Below are positions 1 through 64,000 of a stretch of 64,000 nucleotides of DNA, one piece after another (the first letter of the stretch is position 1; each line of letters begins with the position of its first letter). A model generated the notes under the pieces. That model saw only the letters and a list, made by a program, of their open reading frames with translations. It did not search any database and was not told the DNA's origin. The position numbers and the translations under genes are program-made. This DNA is from Eledone cirrhosa (taxonomy: Eukaryota), in contig OZ024764.1 of NCBI GenBank assembly GCA_964016885.1, forward strand, positions 4,650,001 to 4,714,000. The letters are read 5' to 3'.

Positions 1-295
1 CACCACACCACCACCACCACTACCACCACCACTACCACCACCACCACCACCACCACCACTACCACCACCACCACCACTACCACCACCACCACCACCACCA
101 CCACCACCACTACCACCACCACCACTACCACCACCACCACAACACCACCACCACCACCACACCACCACTAGCACCACCACCACCACAACACCACCACCAC
201 CACCACTACCACCACCACCACCACTACCACCACCACCACTACCACCACCACCACTACCACCACCACCACAACACTACCACTACCTCTACTCCTCT
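1..295. repeat. (CAC/CTA)n microsatellite
   Basis: Direct observation. Confidence 0.95.
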
Positions 296-302
296 TCCAC
301 AG

Positions 303-28662
<28,360 letters not shown>

Positions 28663-28814
28663 TGTCAACAAATGTAGTTACCAACCCATAGCTTAAAATA
28701 CATTTTTTAAATTAAAATCGAAAAACAGAAAATTTTTTTTTTTTCAAATTAATTTTTTTTTTTTTCTTTATTTTTTTTTTTTGCTATTTTTTATTATTCT
28801 TGTAAGATTTGTTT

Positions 28815-29879
28815 GTCATCATCATCGTCATCATCACATTTACCACCACCATCACCACCACCACCACCACTATCATTGTCATCACCATCATCATCACCAC
28901 CACCATCACATTTACCACCACCACCACCACCACCACCGTCATTGTCATCATCATCACCATCACCACCACCATCACATTTACCACCACCACCACCACCACC
29001 ACTATCATTGTCATCATCATCACCATCACCACCACCATCACATTTACCACCACCACCACCACCACCACCATCATTGTCATCATCATCACCATCACCACCA
29101 CCATCACATTTACCACCACCACCACCACCACCACCATCATTGTCATCATCATCACCATCACCACCACCATCACATTTACCACCACCATCACCACCACCAC
29201 TATCATTGTCATCATCATCACCATCACCACCACCATCACATTTACCACCACCACCACCACTGCCACTATCATTGTCATCATCATCACCATCACCACCACC
29301 ATCACATTTACCACCACCACCACCACCACCACCATCATTGTCATCACCACCACCATCACCACCACCATCACATTTACCACCACCACCACCACCACCACCA
29401 CTATCATTGTCATCATCACCACCACCACCATCACATTTACCACCACCACCGCCACTATCATTGTCATCACCATCACCACCACCACCACTATCATTGTCAC
29501 CATCATCACCACCACCACCACTATCATTGTCATCATCATCACCACCACCACCACCATCACATTTACCACCACCACCACCACCACTATCATTGTCATCACC
29601 ACCACCATCACCACCATCACCACCACCATCACATTTACCACCACCACCACCACTATCATTGTCATCACCACCACCACCACCACTATCATTGTCACCATCA
29701 CCACCATCACCATCATCACCACCATCATCACCACTATCATTGTCACCATCTTCACCACCACCATCACAACCACCATCACCATCACCACTATCATTGTCAT
29801 CATAACCATTACCACAATCACATTTACCATCATCACCACCACCACCATCATCACCACTATCATTGTCACCACCACCACC

Positions 29880-29910
<31 letters not shown>

Positions 29911-30055
29911 CAGTTTAACATCTATTTACCACCATCACCATCATCATCATCACCACCATCACCATCATCATCATCATCATCATCACAGTTTAACATCTAT
30001 TTACCACCACCACCACCACCATCATCATCATCACAGTTTAACATCTATTTACCAT
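28815..30055. repeat. (CAC/CAT)n higher-order repeat
   Basis: Direct observation. Confidence 0.95.
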
Positions 30056-30479
30056 TCTAGCATGGGTTAGACAGGTTGTCATGTTCTGAGGCCTTACAGG
30101 TCAAGTGGCTTGGTTATTCTATGGCCTATTTAACAAGCTAGTGATCCATAACAGACTAGGAGAGGTATCTACTACCCCTTATAAATATATACCATCATCA
30201 TCATCATCGTTTAACGTCCACCTTCCACGCTAGCATGGCTAGGACGGGCTATCACTTTGTGAGGGATCAGGTCGGGGGCCCGTGAATTTGCTCCCACAGA
30301 ACTGATTCTGGCTTGATTTCTACAGCTGGATGCCCTTCCTAACACCAACCTCATTTACAATGAGTACTGGGTGCTTTTTGCATTCACACACACATATATA
30401 TATATATATATCATCATCATCATCGTTTAATGTCCATCTTCCACGCTTGCATGGGTTTGGAATATATATATATATATAT

Positions 30480-30602
30480 ATAGGAACCAGTAAGACCCCG
30501 ACGGCTGATCTCAAGCCGTTTCGACGGCTAATTCTGGACAGAGTCCAGAATTAGCCGTCGAAACGGCTTGAGCTCAGCCGTCGGGGTCTTACTGGTTCCT
30601 AT
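30480..30602. mobile_element. Fold-back element with the 3' half of a hammerhead; single-arm copy at 53447-53506
   Basis: Near-perfect 60-bp arms; GAAAC-ggcttgagctcagcc-GTC. Confidence 0.6.
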
Positions 30603-30678
30603 TACCCACTCTACTACCCCAAGTATTGAGTACTTTGGTGCGTTATGGTCCACCTGGTTCCTTACCACATTTCCTTCG

Positions 30679-30746
<68 letters not shown>

Positions 30747-30749
<3 letters not shown>

Positions 30750-31087
30750 CATATGGCTTAGTGGTTAGAGCATTGGGCTTGCAATCGAAAGGTTGTGAGT
30801 TCAATTCTCAGACCGGGTGGTGTGTTGTTTCCTTGAGCAAGACACTCTATTTCACATTGCTCCAGTTTACTCAGCTGTAGAAATGAGATGATAGGGACTG
30901 GGGTCCCTATCATTCCACTGCAAAGTGGTCGTGGAGGTGCCACGGCAAAAAAGCACCCAGCACTCGCTGTAAATGTGGTTGGTGTTAGGAAGGGCATCCA
31001 GCTGTAGAAATCAAGCCAGAATCAGTTCCCGTCCCACCCTTGCAAGCAGGGAAAAGTGGAGGTAAAATGATGATGATGATGATGATG
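30747..31087 (+). mobile_element. tRNA-derived SINE family A with RTE-type tail
   Basis: A box TGGCTTAGTGG, B box GAGTTCAATTC, ccttgagcaagacact central motif, tail shared with RTE fragments, (ATG)n end. Confidence 0.85.
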
Positions 31088-31371
31088 AAAACACGTATTT
31101 TAGTGTGGTGTGTTGTTGGTCTACAATGCTCTCTAAGGGTAAGTGGAAATGCAGCAGCACAAAAACAAGAGCTGACATAGGGGTGGATGAACTCTAGAGT
31201 CAACAGGCATCCATCCCAGTTATGGGTTAAATAGCCTCACCAACCTGCAATTGGCCAAGCATGGTGAGTACAGCTACATCCCCAGCAGAGGTTTAACTCC
31301 ATGGCAGCAACATGTGGGATCCTCGTCTTGCTATCTTGGCTTGGCTGGTCACTGGACACATTACCGGCGGT

Positions 31372-31695
31372 GAGGTAGTGGCTGATGTGTGTGTGTAGTA
31401 CAAACATGTAGCACATTGATATCTTTGAGCAGATGTTGCTTCACAAGTCCCACATGTGCAGGCTTGACTGGTTAGAAGTTAGGTAGTGGCTGATGTGTGT
31501 GTGTAGTACAAACATGTAGCACATTGATATCTTTGAGCAGATGTTGCTTCACAAGTCCCACATGTGCAGGCTTGACTGGTTAGAAGTTAGGTAGTGGCTG
31601 ATGTGTGTGTGTAGTACAAACATGTAGCACATTGATATATTTGTGCAGATGTTGCTTCACAAGTCCCACATGTGCAGGCTTGACTGGTTAGAAGT
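31372..31695. repeat. About 108-bp tandem repeat, 3 copies
   Basis: aggtagtggctgatgtgtgtgtgtagtacaaac recurs three times. Confidence 0.9.
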
Positions 31696-31806
31696 ACATA
31701 GTCACAAATCTACATGTGGGCTGCTTGAGTCTTGTCGTAGCGTTGCTGCACTTGTTAACCTGAGCAGCAACATGCTTCGGCAGAGTCTCGAGTTTCTGAG
31801 GAACCC

Positions 31807-31837
<31 letters not shown>

Positions 31838-32079
31838 TGCACTTCACACCTATTCTACAAGGGCCTAGAAAGGGTGACCCAAACAAAAGCCTGTTCAGTC
31901 ATCGAACTGACCAGCAGTTGGTTGTGGTTCATGATAGGGAGTTTGTTGGAGAGATGGCTGTCTTCTGTAAAGAAGCAGCAGTTATATATATATCATCATC
32001 ATCATCACTGTTATTGCTGTTATAGGCCAACAAAAACCTCCAAAACAGTCAAAGCCAATCAGTGTCTAGAAGTTGGCGG

Positions 32080-32258
32080 GTTGACTGGGTGTATATATAT
32101 ATAGATAGTGGTAGATGTTAACTGGGTATATATATATATATAGACTGACTGTGTAGATGTTAACTGGGTATATATATATATATATATAGACTGACAGTGT
32201 GTATGTTAACTGGGTATATATATATATATATATAGACTGACTGTGTAGATGTTAACTG

Positions 32259-32309
<51 letters not shown>

Positions 32310-32486
32310 TGACAGTGTGTAGATGTTAACTGGGTATATATATATATAGACTGACTGTGTAGATGTTAACTGGGTATATATATATATAGACAGTGTGTAG
32401 ATGTTAACTGGGTATATATATAGACTGACAGTGTGTAGATGTTAACTGGGTATATATATATAGACTGACTGTGTAGATGTTAACTG

Positions 32487-32531
<45 letters not shown>

Positions 32532-32601
32532 TGACAGTGTGTATGTTAACTGGGTATATATATATATATATATAGACTGACAGTGTGTAGATGTTAACTG
32601 G

Positions 32602-32633
<32 letters not shown>

Positions 32634-32742
32634 TGACTGTGTAGATGTTAACTGGGTATATATATATATATAGACAGTGTGTAGATGTTAACTGGGTATA
32701 TATATATATATATATAGACTGACAGTGTGTAGATGTTAACTG

Positions 32743-32777
<35 letters not shown>

Positions 32778-32850
32778 TGACAGTGTCTAGATGTTAACTG
32801 GGTATATATATATATATATATATATATAGACAGTGTGTAGATATTAACTG

Positions 32851-32885
<35 letters not shown>

Positions 32886-33068
32886 TGACTGTAGATGTTA
32901 ACTGGGTATATATATATATATATAGACTGACAGTGTGTAGATGTTAACTGGGTATATATATAGACTGACAGTGTGTAGATGTTAACTGGGTATATATATA
33001 TATAGACAGTGTCTTGATGTTGACTGGGTGTGTATATATATATATAGACAGTGTGTAGATGTTCACTG

Positions 33069-33110
<42 letters not shown>
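32080..33110. repeat. gactgacagtgtgtagatgttaactggg + variable (TA)n minisatellite
   Basis: Direct observation. Confidence 0.95.
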
Positions 33111-33113
<3 letters not shown>

Positions 33114-33224
33114 CAAAGAAGAAAATTGATATAAATTTCCAGTATTTTTTACTTCTTTATTTCAAATTTCTGCAACATGAATATTTATATTAACAAATAT
33201 ATTTACTTTTTGGAGGTGTTGGAT

Positions 33225-34083
33225 AGGACCCTTAGAAGGTGTCTGAGGAGTGCCCTTAAGGACCCTTAGAAGGTGTCTGAGGAGTGCCCTTAAGGACCCT
33301 TAGGTGTCTGAGGAGTGCCCTTAAGGACCCTTAGAAGGTGTCTGAGGAGTGCCCTTAAGGACCCTTAGAAGGTGTCTGAGGAGTGCCTTAAGGACCCTTA
33401 GAAGGTGTCTGAGGAGTGCCTTAAGGACCCTTAGAAGGTGTCTGAGGAGTGCCCTTAAGGACCCTTAGAAGGTGTCTGAGGAGTGCCTTAAGGACCCTTA
33501 GAAGGTGTCTGAGGATTACCTTAAGAACCCTTAGAAGGTGTCTGAGGAGTGCCTTAAGAACCCTTAGAAGGTGTCTGAGGAGTGCCTTAAGGACCCTTAG
33601 AAGGTGTCTGAGGAGTGCCTTAAGGACCCTTAGAAGGTGTCTGAGGAGTGCCTTAAGGACCCTTAGAAGGTGTCTGAGGAGTGCCCTTAAGGACCCTTAG
33701 AAGGTGTCTGAGGAGTGCCTTAAGGACCCTTAGAAGGTGTCTGAGGATTACCTTAAGAACCCTTAGAAGGTGTCTGAGGAGTGCCTTAAGGACCCTTAGA
33801 AGGTGTCTGAGGAGTGCCTTAAGGACCCTTAGAAGGTGTCTGAGGAGTGCCTTAAGGACCCTTAGAAGGTGTCTGAGGAGTGCCTTAAGGACCCTTAGAA
33901 GGTGTCTGAGGATTGCCTTAAGGACCCTTAGAAGGTGTCTGAGGATTGCCTTAAGGACCCTTAGAAGGTGTCTGAGGATTGCCTTAAGGACCCTTAGAAG
34001 GTGTCTGAGGAGTGCCTTAAGGACCCTTAGAAAGTGTCTGAGGAGTGCCTTAAGGACTCTTAGAAGGTGTCTGAGGATTGCCC
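33225..34083. repeat. 33-bp minisatellite, about 26 copies
   Basis: aaggacccttagaaggtgtctgaggagtgcctt. Confidence 0.95.
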
Positions 34084-34418
34084 TAGTCCCACACAATGGC
34101 TCTTAAGAAGGGGTGTCTAAAGACTACCCCCACCCCAAAACCCTTGCAGTACAAAGAAGCAGAAGAAATACAAAGTGTGCCACAATATTTTTTTACTATT
34201 GCACCCATGTGGCTCTGTGTGATTGTGGTGGTGGTGGTGTTGTATGTTTTTGTCTGGGTTATGTGGGTGGGGGAGCGGGAAGGAGGGTGCAACATGGCTG
34301 CTGCTAGTACTACTACTACTACTATAAATATGTATGTATACATATATATATATATAAATATGTATACATATTTATATATACATATAAATATGTATACATA
34401 TATGTACATATATATACA

Positions 34419-34452
<34 letters not shown>

Positions 34453-34458
34453 CATATG

Positions 34459-34501
<43 letters not shown>

Positions 34502-34577
34502 GTATACATATTTATATATACATATAAATATGTATACATACATGTATATATAAATATGTATACATATATGTACATAC

Positions 34578-34610
<33 letters not shown>

Positions 34611-34616
<6 letters not shown>

Positions 34617-34850
34617 ATTAGAAAGTGAAACAACACAAAATATAAAACTACTCCATTACCAAAGGTTTCTGGATTCCAGACAATATTAATATATGTCTGG
34701 ATCAGTCATCAGAGAGAGATGTTATCTGTTATCTGATAACATCTCTCTCTGATGAACGAACTAGCCGTATATTAATATTGACTGGGATCCAGAAACCTTT
34801 GGTAATGGAATAGTTTTATATTTTGTGTTGTTTCACTTTCTAATTAAATA
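34611..34850. mobile_element. Fold-back Penelope-like remnant with hammerhead cores on both strands
   Basis: About 115-bp arms; CTGATGA 34749-34755, GAAACCTTTGGTA 34792-34804 and mirror image. Confidence 0.65.
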
Positions 34851-35139
34851 GCTCTGTTCTATATATAGAGCACTCTTTTTTCCTTTGGAATTACCTAACA
34901 CATAACACATATATATATATATAATAACTAGAAATTGATTAACATATAAGTTATTATAAAATGCTCGGACCTATTCGTTAGAATCTTAGAGCTTATTTTG
35001 CGGGTGATATGGCGCATGACACCCATAATTTTGATTATCTTAATTTTGGATATAGATATATATATAACTATATATACGTAGGTCCCGGGTTGAGTCAGGG
35101 ATAACCACAGAAAGTAAGGTACTCAATACATGGCAGAGT

Positions 35140-35260
35140 AAAATTTTTTTATTTTATATTCTGTTTCATTCAGATGAAATCTTCAGGAAGCTCTGAAGAT
35201 TTCATCTGAATGAAACAGTACTAGTCCTGTAGAAGCTCCTTCTATAAAATAAAAAAATAT
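35140..35260. mobile_element. Short fold-back with hammerhead core
   Basis: CTGAAGA 35193-35199, ttca/tgaa stem, GAAACAGTACTAGTC; inverted copy 35161-35186. Confidence 0.55.
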
Positions 35261-35280
35261 AACTATATATATATATATAT

Positions 35281-35581
35281 ATATAGTGAAAAGATAACAA
35301 GGACGATTGGTTACTCCTTCATTGCATTTATTGGTAGGTGACACGTGTTTCACCACTGATCAGCTCAAGGTTCGATCTGTATCGATCTTACCCGACTCAA
35401 TAACCGGCGGCTCGACGGACCCTCTTATAGCTTTTTAAAGGGTCCGTCGAGCCGCCGATTATTGAGTCGGGTAGGATCGATACAGATCGAACCTTGAGCT
35501 GATCAGTGGTGAAACACGTGTCACCTACCAATAAATGTAATGAAGGAGTAACCAATCGTCCTTGTTAGCCTTTCACTATAT
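35281..35581. mobile_element. Long fold-back element with hammerhead-like GAAACACGTGTC
   Basis: About 140-bp arms with few mismatches; 5' core not canonical. Confidence 0.6.
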
Positions 35582-35670
35582 TACACTCTGTATAGCTCTA
35601 CACCTCATCACAGGAGTGAACCTAAACATCGAGTGCTCTCCCTACAGTGACTCCAAGTTACATCCCCTGG

Positions 35671-35705
<35 letters not shown>

Positions 35706-35785
35706 ATATAGAAATGGCTGCTATAGAACTATAATCAGTCTCCCACAATCTAACTCCTCTCCTCTCACTTCTCCTCTCCTCTTTC

Positions 35786-60326
<24,541 letters not shown>

Positions 60327-60556
60327 CTGGGGGAAGTAGGATGACCAGGGTGAGGAGGGGGAGGAGAAGAAGAAGAAAGAAAATAAAATAAAAAATTAAA
60401 ATCATTTTTTTTTTTTTTTAATTAAAAAGAAAAGGCAACTCCAGGGGAAATCATCATCATCATCATCATCATCGTTTAACGTCCATGTTCCACGCTTGCA
60501 TGGGTTTGGACGGGAGTTTTCCCACTTGAGGCAAGAGTGGTTGTCTTGCTCGCATA

Positions 60557-61125
60557 GGACTGTCTGGCGGGTTTTCTACAGCTGGATGCCCTTCCTAACA
60601 CCAACCACATTTACAGTGTGGGGCTGGGAGGTTTTTACCGTGTTGCCTACACGGCCACATTACAGCGTGGACTGTGTGGCGGGTTTTCTACAGCTGGATG
60701 CCCTTCCTAACACCAACCACATTTACAGTGTGGGGCTGGGAGGTTTTTACCGTGTTGCCTACACGGCCACATTACAGCGTGGACTGTGTGGCGGGTTTTC
60801 TACAGCTGGATGCCCTTCCTAACACCAACCACGTTTACAGTGTGGGACTGGGAGGTTTTTACCGTGTTGCCTACACGGCCACATTACAGCGTGGACTGTC
60901 TGGCGGGTTTTCTACAGCTGGATGCCCTTCCTAACACCAACCATGTTTACAGTGTGGGACTGGGAGGTTTTTACCGTGTTACCTACACGGCCACATTACA
61001 GTGTGGACTGTCTGGCGGGTTTTCTACAGCTGGATGCCCTTCCTAACACCAACCATGTTTACAGTGTGGGACTGGGAGGTTTTTACCGTGTTGCCTACAC
61101 GGCCACATTACAGCGTGGACTGTGT
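60557..61125 (-). repeat. 112-bp tandem repeat, 5 copies, derived from SINE/RTE tail
   Basis: Contains tttctacagctggatgcccttcctaacaccaacc of SINE family A. Confidence 0.9.
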
Positions 61126-61144
61126 GTTTTTTTTAATACAGAGC

Positions 61145-62280
61145 TAAAAGTAAACCCTCTAACTGGCTTTTGTTGACCTGGAGAAAGCCTTTGACAGAGT
61201 CCCCCGCTCCATTATCTGGTGGGCCCTTAGAAAACTAGGAGTAGATGAATGGCTTGTGAAAGCTATACAAACCATGTATAAAGAAACAGTCAGCAAGGTT
61301 AGAATTAACAAGGGATATAGTGAAGAATTTAGCCTACAGATAGATGTTTATCAAGGTTCTGTCCTTAGCCCCCTCCTGTTTATTATTGCCCTTCAGACTA
61401 TAACAGAGGAGTTCAAGACTGGCTGCTCATGGGAATTTCTATATGCAGATGATCTAACTCTCGTAGTTGAATCTATGGCTGAACTAGAGAAGAAATTCCA
61501 AACATGAAAGCATGGCCTAGAATCAAAAGGCCCTTAAAGTCAACTTGTCTAAGACTAGAGTTCTAGTATGTAGAAAGGAAAATAGGGCACAGGTGCCCTC
61601 TAGGAAATGGCCTTGCTCAGTGTTCAGAAAAGGGGTAGGTAGAAACTCCATCGTACGTTTCAAATGCAAACTAGGGGTACTAAAGAGAGGTAGTGGGACC
61701 TCAGACAGGATAGCAAAGAATGTAGATTTTACATGTGATCCATGCGCAGGAGCAGTAAGAGAGCTCACAGGAAATAAGCTCTATGAAATGCTCTATAGAA
61801 TTAGTTGATAGCTTCTGTTACCTGACTGTCCAAATTAGCAGCGGATGTATGATGCGTGTATCCGAACAGCAATGTTACATGGTAGTGAGACCTGAGCGCT
61901 GAAGGTGGAAGACTTAGATTAGAGAGAAACGAAGCCTGTATGCTCCGATGGATGTGTAATAGTAATATACGCGAATGACAAAGCATAAATGAATTGAGAG
62001 AGAGACTGAGCATAAGAGGAATCAAATGCTGTGTGCAGGAGAGGCGGTTGCGCTGGTATGGGCATGTGATGCGTATGAAGGATGACAGCTGCATAAAAAG
62101 GTGCAGAGCACTAGAAGTTGATGGAAACCGCGGAGTGGGGAGACCCAAGATGACCTGGGATGAGGTGATAAAAGCCGACCTTACCCAATTGCACCTCTCA
62201 AAGACAATGACACACGACCGTGACTTCTGGCGTCACGCAGTAATACAGAGTACCCGGCCTCCCATGGGTACAAGCTGAAG
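61145..62280 (+). mobile_element. Degenerate RTE-clade LINE (reverse transcriptase to 3' end)
   Basis: FVDLEKAFDRVPR, QGSVLSPLLF, LYADDL, RRLRWYGHVMR, GRPKMTWDEVI; stops, frameshifts and a deletion. Confidence 0.9.
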
Positions 62281-62569
62281 CATATAGACAATATGCCCCC
62301 ACACCCCCACTGCAAGGTGGTCGTGGAGGTGCCACGGCAAAAAAGCACCCAGCCCACACTGTAAAGTGGACGTGTAGGCGCCACGAAAAAGCACCCAGCA
62401 CTCACTGTAAATGAGGTTGGTGTTAGGAAGGGCATCCAGCTGTAGAAATCAAGCCAGATCAGTTCCTGTATGAGCAAGGCATGGTCAGCTGACCAGACAC
62501 TGCCTACAACAGGACAACCCGTCTAACCCATGCTAGCGTGGAAGAACGGACGTAAAACGGTGATGATGA

Positions 62570-62770
62570 TGATGGGGGTGTTTCGAAAGTACAGTAGCCA
62601 GAGGGAGAGCGCGATGGAGAAAGTTGAGGGAGATACCACCACTGCTAGCTACAAAAGGCTTTTCCTTCAAAATGAAGGGCAGACTGTATGATGCATGTAT
62701 ACGTACAGCAATGCTGCATGGTGGTGAGACTTGGGTGCTGTGTGCAGAAGACTTGCGTAGATTGGAAAGT
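62570..62770 (+). mobile_element. RTE LINE fragment
   Basis: [20 protein letters not shown]. Confidence 0.7.
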
Positions 62771-63107
62771 GGTGGCGGTGATGGTGGTGGTGATGATAAT
62801 GATTGTGGTGATTGTGGTGGTGATGGTTGTGGATGGTGGACGTGATGGTGGTGGTGGTGATGGTGATGATTGTAATGGTGGTGGTGGTGGTAGTGATGGT
62901 GGTGGTGATGGTGATGGTGATGATGGTGATTGTGGTGATGATGGTGATTGTGGTGATGATGAGAATACACACACAGCAATAACCCCTCAGTCACCTTCAC
63001 CCCCCCCCACCCGCCCCACGCTGCCCCACCCTACCACCACAAAGATGGAGATTAAATATAGTGGAAGGATTAACTGTAACAGAAGGACTTTAATCTGGGG
63101 ACAACAT

Positions 63108-64000
63108 AGACATATATATATATATATATACATATATATACACACATACATACATATATATACACACATATATACATACATACATATACATATATATATA
63201 TATACATATATATACACACATACATACATATATATACACACATATATACATACATACATATACATATATATATATATATATATACATATATATACACACA
63301 TATATACATACATACATATACATATATATATATGCATATAGACACACACATACATACATATACATACATATATATACATATATATACACACATACATACA
63401 TACATACATATACATACATATATATATACATATAGACACACATACATATATACATATACACACATACATACATACATATACATACATATACATATAAATA
63501 TACATATCGACACACACATACATATATACATACATATACACACATACATACATATATATATACACACATACATACATACATACATATACATACATATATA
63601 TATATATATACATATAGACACACACATACATACATATATACATATACACACATACATACATACATATATACATATACACACATACATACATATACACATA
63701 TATACATATAGACACACATACATACATACATACACATGCATACAGACACACATATACATACATACACATATACATACATACACATATACATACATACACA
63801 TATACAGACATGTACATACACATACATACATACATACACACATAGATACATATAGACACACACACACATAAATATACACACACATACATATATACACATA
63901 CACATACATACATACAGACATACACATAGACACACACATACATATATACACATACATATACATACATGCACACAGACACATAGACATACATACATATACA
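63108..64000. repeat. (CA/TA)n compound microsatellite
   Basis: Direct observation. Confidence 0.95.

Noticed and set aside
30747-30825. tRNA genes
   Set aside because: A/B boxes belong to SINE heads; no complete cloverleaf and each continues into SINE body
32080-33110. Constant repeat with variable spacers
   Set aside because: Spacers are only variable-length (TA)n, explained by slippage

Overview
Animal (eukaryotic) genomic DNA, very repeat-rich; the SINE/RTE repertoire suggests an octopod cephalopod (inference). Two convergent multi-exon genes, both 5'-truncated by the window edges: a mitochondrial m-AAA protease AFG3L2 on + (13 exons, 303-28662) and a divergent TRPC-family cation channel on - (11 exons, 60326-35786). 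All exons were reconstructed by hand with GT-AG junctions and consistent phase. Introns are filled with micro/minisatellites (several amplified from LINE/SINE fragments), two tRNA-type SINE families, RTE, R4/Dong, CR1-like and L1/Tx1-like LINE remnants, an internally deleted DD37D (maT) Tc1/mariner element and a non-autonomous Helitron. Most ORF-track entries are repeat artefacts. The most notable unannotated signal is about ten sequence-unrelated short elements, mostly fold-back palindromes, carrying minimal type I hammerhead ribozyme motifs (CUGAnGA-stem II-GAAA-palindromic stem III-NUH) of the kind known from Penelope-like retroelements and retrozymes. Several are in the sense strand of the host pre-mRNAs or the presumed TRPC 3' UTR. 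Ribozyme activity is predicted from motifs only.
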